Below are positions 20,773-30,220 of a stretch of DNA of 64,000 bases, piece by piece (position 1 is the stretch's first letter; each line of letters opens with the position of its first letter). The position numbers and the translations under genes are program-made. The notes beneath the pieces are model-generated. The model was given only the letters and a program-made list of their open reading frames with translations. It was not told the origin of the DNA and did no database searches. This DNA comes from Candidatus Thorarchaeota archaeon (GTDB taxonomy: Archaea; Asgardarchaeota; Thorarchaeia; Thorarchaeales; Thorarchaeaceae): NCBI GenBank assembly GCA_004524445.1, contig SDNP01000010.1, positions 1-64,000 on the forward strand, read 5' to 3'.

Positions 20773-21423
20773 TCAGATACGTGAAGGTAGAAGGTCCTCT
20801 GCTTCTATCCGTGCTCTTTCTGCACGCTGTCGGAGCTGCATTGAGAAGTATGGTTTGGCATTATATGACTCAACCTTCTGCAAGGCATCTCTAACAGATT
20901 CGATTTGCTCTGGTTCGGAAGCATCCTTCGTTTTGGCTTCCACAATTGCCCGGTTGAGATTGACAACTAACTGATAATAATGACTCTCTGAACCGCTTCT
21001 TGTCTTTATTTCCCTCCGAGCCTGCTGAAACCTCTTTCTAACGGTATCTAGTGCCATCTCAATCTCATCAGGTGTTTCACTAACGCGTTCAGCTAGCGAG
21101 TGAATTTTGTTTAGGGTCTTGTCAAGCTCTTTTTCAGCAATCTTTTCGCTCCACTCTTCTACTACTGAGAAAGGTATCTGTTCTATGTAATCTGATAATT
21201 CAGATATGCCATCCAGAATGCTTGTTTCAGACACACCTCTTGGAATGGTCTTTTTGGATATAACAGAAGACTTCTCTGATCTAGTCTTCAGTCCGATGGT
21301 TTCTCCAAGAATCTCGTGCTGGGTGACACTACCTTTGAACCAGATTACAATCAGCACGACTACTACAGCAATAACAAATGCAATCTGTACAAATATTCCT
21401 GGTAATGTTCCCGCGAATTGCAC
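20773..21423 (-). CDS. Hypothetical protein: N-terminal TM helix plus helical domain
   Basis: 216 aa, hydrophobic residues 10-29, follows the archaemetzincin gene closely. Confidence 0.7.
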   Translation of the reverse strand: MQFAGTLPGIFVQIAFVIAVVVVLIVIWFKGSVTQHEILGETIGLKTRSEKSSVISKKTIPRGVSETSILDGISELSDYIEQIPFSVVEEWSEKIAEKELDKTLNKIHSLAERVSETPDEIEMALDTVRKRFQQARREIKTRSGSESHYYQLVVNLNRAIVEAKTKDASEPEQIESVRDALQKVESYNAKPYFSMQLRQRAERARIEAEDLLPSRI

Positions 21424-21440
21424 GACTCAGATCCTCTTGT

Positions 21441-22007
21441 TTATCTTCTCTCGCCGATTTGACTTAGATACGTTTCTTTCAATTTGCTCTTGCACTCATC
21501 ACAAAATCGCGCATCATAAGAATCTATTTTCTCTATTGTAGAAATACCAGACATGATGCATTCATTATCACATGCTTCTAGGCCCATCGAATGTCCAAAT
21601 TCATGCATTGCAACCTTCAATGCTCTCTCCTTGAAGAGTTTGGTGTCAGGTTCTCTTCCATAGAATTGCTCACGAAGTCTAGCTAAAGAAACCAATGAAT
21701 TACGCCCCTTTTCAGCCAGCCCGAATACATGGTCCTGGCGAGAAGTTAGAATGTCTTCGTCAATAATGCCTATGGCGCGACCATGTTCTGGCATATGAGA
21801 AACCAGCTGGGGCAGTACTTGCTCTGCACGGTATCGATTACGTGTTGGAGCGAAGGCATCTTCTGGAACATTTAATCGTTCAGAATACGCAGTCACTTCC
21901 TCGAAGAGACCATCGGGTAGTTTTTCTTGTATTTCATCTCTAACGTAGAAAATTAGGTTGTTATCGGTTTGCTTGCCAGGTATAATACGCAATTCAGCCA
22001 TAATCAT
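21441..22007 (-). CDS. Archaemetzincin (M54) family protein
   Basis: VFGLA, VSLARL, HEFGHSMGLEAC...CIM...CDEC. Confidence 0.88.
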   Translation of the reverse strand: MIMAELRIIPGKQTDNNLIFYVRDEIQEKLPDGLFEEVTAYSERLNVPEDAFAPTRNRYRAEQVLPQLVSHMPEHGRAIGIIDEDILTSRQDHVFGLAEKGRNSLVSLARLREQFYGREPDTKLFKERALKVAMHEFGHSMGLEACDNECIMSGISTIEKIDSYDARFCDECKSKLKETYLSQIGERR

Positions 22008-22513
22008 ATCCCATCTTTAGCAATACAATATTGTTAAGAGATAGCAATAAAGGCTAGGGATGCGGATTCTCTGATGTTCAATCAAAGATATTCAACAAGA
22101 TGCCCGTATATGCTGTAGAAAATCCCATTTCGACTGAATTCAATGAACAAGAACATATTACAAGGGTCAAAATACTACCATTCGAGTCCAATTATAAGGA
22201 AACCGCCACACTCAACTAGATCAGGTAAAATAGTTCGTTCTTCCAGATAGTGTTTACTCCAAATATGCAACATGTACTTGGGCGTGAATGGAATATCAAA
22301 CGTTTACTGCTGAATTTTCTTGGTCGTTTTCCGGACAAGCCTGTCTGGTGTGGGGCGAACGGTCTTTGTAAACGCTAGTCATGTTTCATTGATATGTCAA
22401 TTGTTGAACGTTTACTAGTGATTTTCAACGTGTATCGAATCTCTGGAGTACACACGTTCTAGAAGATGGATTAGGAATAGTATTTTAGTGCGAGCCAGCA
22501 AACTCAAGAAGTA

Positions 22514-23725
22514 ATGAAGGTTGATTCGGATATAACGATAATAGGTGCAGGTCCAGCAGGATTGTCTGCTGCAAAGACTCTAGAGGAACAGGGTGTAGGG
22601 TATCAGCTTTACGCGAAGGAGAAGCACCCCTGTAGGAATAAGCCCTGTGGTGGTTTCATTCCACAAAGGACAGTATCACAGTTTGATCTTAGTAATATCG
22701 AGGATGCCTATCCAATCAATACTGTAGAGATGAGATTCCCTGGAGTTGGCATCAAGCAAGTCGCATTTGAAGAATCAATTGGCGTAAATGTTAGTCGAGG
22801 CGAGCTGGGTCAGAAAATGCTCTCTAATCTCGGTCAAGCCCAACCTAGGATTAATTTGGGTCATGAAGTTCGCATGATAGAACGGCAAGATGGCTACTGT
22901 ATTATCAAGATAACTGCGGATCAATCAGATTATGAAATAGCTTCAAGGCTTGTTATCGATGCTTCAGGTGCATACCCAGTTGCAGTGAAAAGCGGCCTAG
23001 TTAGACCTAAATTGACAGGTAGTCAAATGGGATATGGACAGCAATACCACTTCGAAAAGGAAAGCAATGCGGACGATTTTGAACCTGTGAACAGATTCTA
23101 CTACGGACATGAATTCTCGCCAGGCGGATATGCGTGGGTATACCCGAGGAAACGAACCGTAGTCATAGGATCAGGTGGGCTGCTGGCTCGAGTAAAAAGC
23201 GATGACAAGCGAGTAGCCGAATACATAGAAGAACTCATCAAAGAACCGATTATCAAGGAGATGTTGGCAAACGCAACTCCTGTCAAAAAGGATGCAGCGC
23301 CAGTGCCCCTGGGAGGTCAAATCACGCCCTCTTATGCAGGTCATATTCTCTTGGCAGGCGATGCTGCAGGACATTGCTCTCCGATATCTGGTGAGGGTAT
23401 TCATTACTCTCTGGTGGCAGGGAAGATTGCTGGCTCAGTTGCAGCAGAAGCCGTCAAGGAAAGCGACTTCTGTGCAAGATATCTCAAGAGATATCAAGAC
23501 CATTGGAAAAAGGCCTTTGGCAGTGATTTGAAGTGGGGGCTGTGGCTGCAGAAGAGATTCACTGGGTCCGATGATGGTGAGAGTAAATCTGCATTCTTGG
23601 AGTCTGAGAAATCTTGCCGTGTGGTTGCAGAGATGCTGATTGGGAGACGGGAGGTTTTCAGTGCCATGAAGGCAATAGCACCCTCGTACCTTGCGTCCAA
23701 AGTCAAATCAGTATTCTCCCGCTAG
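22514..23725 (+). CDS. Geranylgeranyl reductase family flavoprotein
   Basis: GAGPAG, PCGG, GYAWVYP, GDAAG..SP..GEGI. Confidence 0.88.
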   Translation: MKVDSDITIIGAGPAGLSAAKTLEEQGVGYQLYAKEKHPCRNKPCGGFIPQRTVSQFDLSNIEDAYPINTVEMRFPGVGIKQVAFEESIGVNVSRGELGQKMLSNLGQAQPRINLGHEVRMIERQDGYCIIKITADQSDYEIASRLVIDASGAYPVAVKSGLVRPKLTGSQMGYGQQYHFEKESNADDFEPVNRFYYGHEFSPGGYAWVYPRKRTVVIGSGGLLARVKSDDKRVAEYIEELIKEPIIKEMLANATPVKKDAAPVPLGGQITPSYAGHILLAGDAAGHCSPISGEGIHYSLVAGKIAGSVAAEAVKESDFCARYLKRYQDHWKKAFGSDLKWGLWLQKRFTGSDDGESKSAFLESEKSCRVVAEMLIGRREVFSAMKAIAPSYLASKVKSVFSR

Positions 23726-23815
23726 TCCGATAATCCACTCGTAAGCACGCCAATTCTAACAGTGCTTTAGAAGTAAGATCAGTCACTCTTATGTGCGAAG
23801 TTTCTCAGAGAACTC

Positions 23816-23974
23816 TCAGTTCCCATAGGACCGATAACAAACCAAGAGAAAAAAGAGGCAGGGAAGAAGTACACCTACCAAAAGAAATAGCGGATAGTCT
23901 GCAGGACTGTCGACCGCATAGAACCAAAGCGAGGCCGACTCGATAAATGCTAGAATCATTAGGAGACAAATCAC
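23816..23974 (-). CDS. Putative 52-aa two-TM microprotein (not in ORF track)
   Basis: GTG start; VICLLMILAFIESASLWFYAVDSPADYPLFLLVGVLLPCLFFLLVCYRSYGN*. Confidence 0.35.
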   Translation of the reverse strand: MICLLMILAFIESASLWFYAVDSPADYPLFLLVGVLLPCLFFLLVCYRSYGN

Positions 23975-24345
23975 CGGAGTAGATTCTCCTTCATTTATGT
24001 CCTCCAGTTCCCATGGCTTTGCATCATGAGTTAGTGTATTTGACTCACTAGGCGTCCTGAGTACCCCCTACAACAAGTCATCCACCTCATTGTAGATTTT
24101 GAAAACTTATGAATTTAGCGCCACGACTAATAGAGAAATAAAACTGTGAGAGTTGCTGCAAGAAGTAATTGTAGTTGATTACACCAAGATCGGGTCTTCG
24201 TCGTCTGTGGAAAATCTGATCTATCTTGTGCTGAGTGTTAATTTGATCCCTAGGAGTCCTATGAATTAAAATCACAGGACCCTTTGGAATAGCTGTTCTT
24301 ATTGGGTGGCTTTCTCGTAAGGCGTCAGTGTATTAAGTGATAGAT

Positions 24346-24615
24346 CTAAGAACCTGCTTCAGCCATTCGGTTCACAATGAAACATTTCTGGCGGTATGAC
24401 TCATCTTCGAGTTGATCGATGAAATCCTCCAGACGTGCAACACCCTTGAATTCCCTATCAATATCTAGGTCTCTCACGGTTATGTGCGCTCGCTTGTTTT
24501 CAATCCGCACGTATATGCCGCCGATTCCGACGTTGTGCTTCATGTAAACGGGTTCGTCCTGATTCTTCACTCTATAGAAACCTTGCCTTCTTAGCATACG
24601 TGTAAACATCATCAT
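24346..24615 (-). CDS. Small hypothetical protein
   Basis: 89 aa, GGAGG upstream on the minus strand, protein-like composition. Confidence 0.75.
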   Translation of the reverse strand: MMMFTRMLRRQGFYRVKNQDEPVYMKHNVGIGGIYVRIENKRAHITVRDLDIDREFKGVARLEDFIDQLEDESYRQKCFIVNRMAEAGS

Positions 24616-24649
24616 TTCGCGTTTAACCCTCCCGGCGGTTAAAACTAAA

Positions 24650-25110
24650 GAGAGTAAACGCTAACTGGTATATAAAACCATAGGATATTTGGAAGTAAAC
24701 GTTTATGCAAGTTATGGAAGCTATATTGCACAATTTTCTATTTTCGACTTCTATTTGATATAAAATGCTGTAGCTATATAAGTAGTATGGCGAAAAGGAG
24801 CTATTTATTGACTTGATAGCTTCCATATTAAAATAAAGCGCGCGAAATAGCTATACGTGTACTAATATGGTTTATCCCTTTTACAAGGCAGCTAGCTAAC
24901 GTTTACTTCCACTGGAAGTCTACGCTGCGGCCCTGATCCAAAGAGCTTTGGTTTCCACGGGGAGATATGTTGAGAATGAGGTACTCTGATGTGTATGGAC
25001 AATTCGGCCTTGTTAATCCATGCTTCACCCATGGATTTGGTACTAGAGTACATACTGCATGACGACATTCGCTCAGCGGACATCATCCCATCCAGATAGT
25101 AAACGTAACA
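24650..25110. promoter_or_regulatory. Inverted-repeat array around an AT-rich core; candidate replication origin or complex operator
   Basis: IR TGGAAGTAAACGTT 24690-24703 / 24898-24911; IR TATGGAAGCTAT 24713-24724 / 24816-24827; palindrome ACTTCCA-C-TGGAAGT 24905-24919. Confidence 0.5.
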
Positions 25111-25213
25111 ATTTACCAAGAGATTTGCCATCACATAATGAAGAGGCTACTTAGCAGAGTTCTGATGATTCATGTAAAAATGCTTAAAACACAGCCAATA
25201 GGTCCATGACCTG

Positions 25214-25789
25214 TTGAAGGCTATGGATATATTCAGTGACATCATTCAGGCTATTACATCATTCATGTCGCCAGTGCAGTACATGCCTGCCTCCACAGTA
25301 TTCATCGTACTAGTAAGCGTTGGGCTTTCGCTGATTTCAATATGGGCTACCAATCGCTTTACAGATGTTGATGAGATGAAGGAGAATATGAAGGAGGTTC
25401 AGGAATGGCAGAAGAAGTTTAAGAAGGCCAGAGAGACCATGGACCCGGTGCTCTTACAGGAGGTTCAAGATAGTCAGTCTCGAATAATGACACTGCAAAG
25501 CAAGATGATGTCAGCACGTTGTAAGCCAATGCTGATCTTCTACATCCCATTGATTTTGGTGTTCACAATTCTCAACAATCTCTATGCAGGAGTACCTGTC
25601 GCAGTTCTTCCCTTCAACCCACAGGATGCATTATGGTTTATTGACCCATGGTTAGGCGTCAATATCCCTGGCAGTGGCTTCGGATTGCATTTCTACACCT
25701 GGTACCTTCTTTCAAGCGTGGGCCTGGGCAACATGATTCGGAAAGCATTTGGTCAGGACTTGGCATCCACAACCCCGGGTCTTGGCTGA
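25214..25789 (+). CDS. EMC3/TMCO1 (DUF106, Oxa1 superfamily) membrane insertase-like protein
   Basis: TM-coiled coil-TM layout, KPML...IPL, WYLLSS. Confidence 0.85.
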   Translation: MKAMDIFSDIIQAITSFMSPVQYMPASTVFIVLVSVGLSLISIWATNRFTDVDEMKENMKEVQEWQKKFKKARETMDPVLLQEVQDSQSRIMTLQSKMMSARCKPMLIFYIPLILVFTILNNLYAGVPVAVLPFNPQDALWFIDPWLGVNIPGSGFGLHFYTWYLLSSVGLGNMIRKAFGQDLASTTPGLG

Positions 25790-25852
25790 GGGATATGAAT
25801 CATATAGACCTGTAATTCTCAGAGAGAAGAGTGGAAGCATCGGAGTATCTCA

Positions 25853-27172
25853 CTAGACATCCACATGATTTCTTGAATTGAAGACTAGGTTCTGTCTTGT
25901 GAAACGAAATGACTTCAACAGAACACCGATGCCCACTAGAATGAGCAATATAGCGGCAATAAAGCTACCTCTGTAGGCGTCTGCATTCGTGAATCCCGTG
26001 CCTATCAGGATATCAGCAATCGGCCCAGTGATTAGCGTTGCTGCAATGCCCCAGCTGAGGAAGAATGTAGCATTATAGTACGCAAAGAGGCGTCCCCGAA
26101 ATTCTGCGGGAGCCATGTGTGCCACTATTGAGTAGCTTGAAGATTGAATGATAACATGGGATGCACCAATAAGAAATGATGATGCTATGCTGAGCAGAAA
26201 AGTGGGCGTTACAATGAGCCAGGCTATAGCTGTGATTGACAGAAATGAGCCAAACAACAAGACTTTGTCATCATCACTGTCGGCAACCACAGACCCAACT
26301 AATAGCCCTGAAACCATGGAAGCAATACTCCCAATGTTGCTAAAGAGGGCGATTTGCCCGCCAGTGGCTCCAAAAGCTGTGGAATCCGCGAGAAATAGGC
26401 TTGATATGATTGAGATTGAATTACGTCCAAAGTTCAGAAAGACCAATGCTGTTATGAAGAGCAAGTACGCCTTCCGTAATTTCGCAGGCAAAACACTTAG
26501 AGACGGCATTTCTACTGGCTCAGGTACGCCTATATTCTCCACAGCCAACCCATCTTTCATACGGATGGCGAAGTAGACGATGAAACTAGAGAAGATCATC
26601 ACCATGGCAGCAATAAAGAAAATACTTCCATCAGCAAACCCTGCGCCATTATCAAAGAGAAAACCACCCAGATATGCACCTCCAATTCCACCGAATCCTC
26701 CAACGATAGAGAGTTGACCCATTATCTTCTTTCTTTCATCAAACTCCGTCAGCTCGGATATCAGTGCAGACCATCCCACATTGGACATGCTCCAGAAAAC
26801 CTCGATCCCCCCTAAACTGAAAATAATGATGTAACCCACCACAATCGTATTGCCTATTCCAAGGAAATACTGGTACCCGAAGACCATAAAGATGTGTCCA
26901 GCACCGGCAAGAAATTCTCCTAGCGCTACAAATTCAGTTGGTCTCCGGTATTTGTCTAGAGCACGTCCCCAGAGAAGAGATTGCGTCCCAGCATTAGCAA
27001 TCATTCCCACCGTTGCCATCAGTGTCACTTCTGTAGTGGAGAGACCCAAGGACCGTAAGTAGATTGACAGAAAGGTGTAGACAATGGCTCTGCGAAAGTA
27101 TGTGAGAAACTGAAATGTTGAGAGTCCTGTGAACTCTCTCATCCTAAGCCGGGAATAGTCTAGGAGCGTCAA
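25853..27172 (-). CDS. MFS transporter
   Basis: WGRALDKYRR motif A, about 12 TM, RGRLFA. Confidence 0.85.
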   Translation of the reverse strand: MTLLDYSRLRMREFTGLSTFQFLTYFRRAIVYTFLSIYLRSLGLSTTEVTLMATVGMIANAGTQSLLWGRALDKYRRPTEFVALGEFLAGAGHIFMVFGYQYFLGIGNTIVVGYIIIFSLGGIEVFWSMSNVGWSALISELTEFDERKKIMGQLSIVGGFGGIGGAYLGGFLFDNGAGFADGSIFFIAAMVMIFSSFIVYFAIRMKDGLAVENIGVPEPVEMPSLSVLPAKLRKAYLLFITALVFLNFGRNSISIISSLFLADSTAFGATGGQIALFSNIGSIASMVSGLLVGSVVADSDDDKVLLFGSFLSITAIAWLIVTPTFLLSIASSFLIGASHVIIQSSSYSIVAHMAPAEFRGRLFAYYNATFFLSWGIAATLITGPIADILIGTGFTNADAYRGSFIAAILLILVGIGVLLKSFRFTRQNLVFNSRNHVDV

Positions 27173-27483
27173 AGTGATTTCAAGTCGAATAACACGGTCT
27201 TAATAGTATATTCTTTCAAGGCATCATTTTATCATGGCTGAAACAAGGTTCTAGGATTCGTACTCATGCAAGCTTTGCGTAGAACTAATGCATTACTATA
27301 ACTCATTTATCCTTCATTGACAATATGATGAACCTCAGCAATGAGGAGAATGGTATCATGGCATAGTCGAGTAATACTTGGTTTGTCATATTTTCCATGC
27401 CAACTTAACAAATCCCACTGTATACAAAATTGTCGAGAAGCAAATCGAAAGAACACGCTTCTTTCAATCCCATGTTTTCATTA

Positions 27484-28176
27484 TTATTCCGAATAATAGG
27501 AGGCATAGACGTGGTGAGGGTCTATCCCGAGCATATACAAAATACGAGCAGACCAGATTCTCAGAATGTAGCCGATAAGTCCATACTTGCGATATTTTTC
27601 CGCGCTTGTTATTATTTCCTGGCCAAGTAACACAACTCGCCCGTGCTTGTGCATGCATCGAGTCAACCGCAAATCCTCAAAGATTGGAACTTGAAGCACA
27701 GACAAACAGCGTTTGAGGATATCAGAACGAACGAACATAGCACGGTCACCATAGAGTTCACCCGAAAGCCAGACCCATAGATTTGATAGCCACGTGATTA
27801 TCTCCAAGGTGGGTTTGGAGGTGTCATATGAAAGAGAGAATCCACCACCGACTACTCGAGTGTCTTCTAATGCGCTAAGTATCGCAGCATCCCATCCAGA
27901 GGGAAGATTTGTATCAGAGTGCAATAATAGAGCAATATCGCCTTTGGCGTTAGAAATACCCTCAAGAAATGCATATCCACGTCCCCTTCTAGAACAGAAT
28001 ACCACTTCTTCATTAGAGGTCTTCGGGCTAATTTCTTTGACAAGTTTCTGATTATTTACCACAATTATAATTTGGATTGGTACAATCGCGGAGGATAATG
28101 ACTTTCTGATCACAGGAAGTCTATGGTTTCTAGAATGAACGGGCGTAATCACAGATATTAGCGGGGAATGAGTCAA
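27484..28176 (-). CDS. GT2 glycosyltransferase, TIGR04283-like (ArsS-associated)
   Basis: GRG, LLHSD, GGGF, YGDRAMFV, PIFEDL, TSA. Confidence 0.8.
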   Translation of the reverse strand: MTHSPLISVITPVHSRNHRLPVIRKSLSSAIVPIQIIIVVNNQKLVKEISPKTSNEEVVFCSRRGRGYAFLEGISNAKGDIALLLHSDTNLPSGWDAAILSALEDTRVVGGGFSLSYDTSKPTLEIITWLSNLWVWLSGELYGDRAMFVRSDILKRCLSVLQVPIFEDLRLTRCMHKHGRVVLLGQEIITSAEKYRKYGLIGYILRIWSARILYMLGIDPHHVYASYYSE

Positions 28177-28341
28177 GAATCACATCGCCTTATTCCATTA
28201 CAAGCATAACTTGGTCAGGTTTGATACGTAGCTGGTTAATAACTTCACTATTTCGAAACTAGATGTAGTTACATTATTGAAAATAGCTTAATAGCAGCTT
28301 AGTGACCATAATTTTTTCTAAAAGCACTCACAGATATCTGG

Positions 28342-29049
28342 TTACGAATGCGCTCCCAAAATATCAGGATGGCTGCGAATATAGCTCAAAGTGCGAGGAG
28401 CCGTTGACGGCTGCATCTGGTATGCTTCATAGAATTTTCTAAGGTCAGTTTCTGTGTCGATATCCATCCATTTGGGCAAGATATGAACCCGGTTAGAAAT
28501 CGATTTCAATTGTGACAACGTCTCTCGAAACACAGCTTCGGTACCCCATGATATTCCTTCAAAAGCTGAGGGAATGTAGGTATCCCTTGAGAAGCCTATC
28601 AAATAATATCCGCCATCGAGAGCTGGTCCTAATACCGCATTTTGGCTTCGAAGGCTTGATGCTGCTTTGGATAGAATGTCGATTGGAAGACCTGGACTAT
28701 CGCTGGCAAGGGCTATCACTTGTTCATACTTTTCCTCAAACATGGTCATGAAACCATTATGTAAACGCTCACCGAGATCCGCACCGTTCTGGCCAAAGAC
28801 CTGATATGAACGCCCGAGCCATTCAATGAACCTGTCCTGGGTGGCGGGTGGGAATATCGCAATATGAAATGGAATTTCAAGAGCATGTAATGTGCTCAAT
28901 GTGTCTAAAATGAATGCTCGATATAGGTCAGTTGCGGCCTCGCTCCCAATAGATTTGGCGAGGCGCGATTTGACTGAACCAACCTCAGGATACTTCACCA
29001 TAACAAATATCCCCGGATCAAATTTTCTTGGAAAGTTTTCACTAATCAA
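28342..29049 (-). CDS. DUF2064 / TIGR04282-like glycosyltransferase (ArsS-associated)
   Basis: KYP..G.VKSRL, Q.GADLGERL, SDSP, GPALDGGYYLIG, DIDT..DL. Confidence 0.88.
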   Translation of the reverse strand: MISENFPRKFDPGIFVMVKYPEVGSVKSRLAKSIGSEAATDLYRAFILDTLSTLHALEIPFHIAIFPPATQDRFIEWLGRSYQVFGQNGADLGERLHNGFMTMFEEKYEQVIALASDSPGLPIDILSKAASSLRSQNAVLGPALDGGYYLIGFSRDTYIPSAFEGISWGTEAVFRETLSQLKSISNRVHILPKWMDIDTETDLRKFYEAYQMQPSTAPRTLSYIRSHPDILGAHS

Positions 29050-29067
29050 ATCAAAACCTATCCCTTA

Positions 29068-30021
29068 CTAATCCTCTAATGCGCCCTCGCAAGAAGATCC
29101 ACAGCCTGCAGTGCAACCGAAACAATGTGGCCCCGTTACAATCTCACGATTCAGATGAGACTTACTATCAAAATGATTTGCATCACGGGGAGTGGAGAAC
29201 ACAGGTAATTTCAAAGCAAAGTTAAAATCACAATCATAAATCAGACCGTCCCATCCAACACATATCTGATGTCTACACATCAATTTCTCGAGAGTAGTGG
29301 GATTGAAGCTGTTCTCAAGTAGTTGCTGATACTCTACAACGTTCTGTTCTCCTTCCAAATATTGCTTGAACCGTCCAATTGGCATATTCGTGATGGTTAA
29401 GAGATGGTTGAAATAAATTCCATATTTAGATGACAGAATCTCCTTGTATGTGGTCTCCAATTGCGATTGTTCGGGTGGTAAGACCGGACCATCGGGATTA
29501 AAAACAAGATTTAATTCCAGCTCAGGCTCAATGCCATAACCGCGTTTGTTAAGCTCTCTTAGGCTTCTTATGCTGTCCTTGAATACACCTTTTCCCCTCT
29601 GTTCATCAACATTCTCTTCAGAATGACATGGCAACGATGCAACTAAGCGAATTTGCAGATCTCTGTATAGATCCATAAATCCGCTATGCTTTGAATTTTG
29701 TAGGACCGTGAGATTTGTGCGAACTTGGACCTTATGTACTCCATCGGCTAAGGCTTTCAAAAATTTAGGTAGAGATGGGTTGAGTTCCGGTGCGCCGCCT
29801 GTGATATCTATGAGTTCTGGATCGACTGATTCTGCAATTCTTACCACATCTTGCATTGTTTCCCACGACATTAGATCATCACTCTCTGGACAAGCTCCTA
29901 AGTGACAATGAGAACATGCCTGATTGCATCGATTTCCGATATTTGCCTGGAGTGTCTTATGGGTCAATGCTCTGAGTTTTGACCCCTCTACGGATGCTAT
30001 GAGTTTATTGAATTTGGACAC
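29068..30021 (-). CDS. arsS: Arsenosugar-biosynthesis radical SAM protein ArsS (radical SAM/Cys-rich, DUF3641)
   Basis: CNQACSHC, DITGGAPEL, RTNLT, MCR...DCDFN, HCFGCTAGCGSSC. Confidence 0.88.
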   Translation of the reverse strand: MSKFNKLIASVEGSKLRALTHKTLQANIGNRCNQACSHCHLGACPESDDLMSWETMQDVVRIAESVDPELIDITGGAPELNPSLPKFLKALADGVHKVQVRTNLTVLQNSKHSGFMDLYRDLQIRLVASLPCHSEENVDEQRGKGVFKDSIRSLRELNKRGYGIEPELELNLVFNPDGPVLPPEQSQLETTYKEILSSKYGIYFNHLLTITNMPIGRFKQYLEGEQNVVEYQQLLENSFNPTTLEKLMCRHQICVGWDGLIYDCDFNFALKLPVFSTPRDANHFDSKSHLNREIVTGPHCFGCTAGCGSSCEGALED

Positions 30022-30220
30022 GAGTATACACCTTCAACGGAAACCAGCTTACTAAAAGAGCTAGTATGAAACAAGTTCAATTATTTTAGACCTTTTGCAT
30101 ATCTTCGTTGATTCGCAAATGCACAAGCCAAATTGCTTCCTCTATACCTGTAATGCCAACGGGGTGCAGCAATAGCGAACTCTTTTGCCTATTCAAAACG
30201 ATTTTATCTTGCAATGCGTT

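Noticed and set aside
20209-25134. ORFs 20209-20394, 24087-24275, 24623-24826 and 24892-25134
   Set aside because: Non-protein-like composition; several overlap AT-rich or repeat elements
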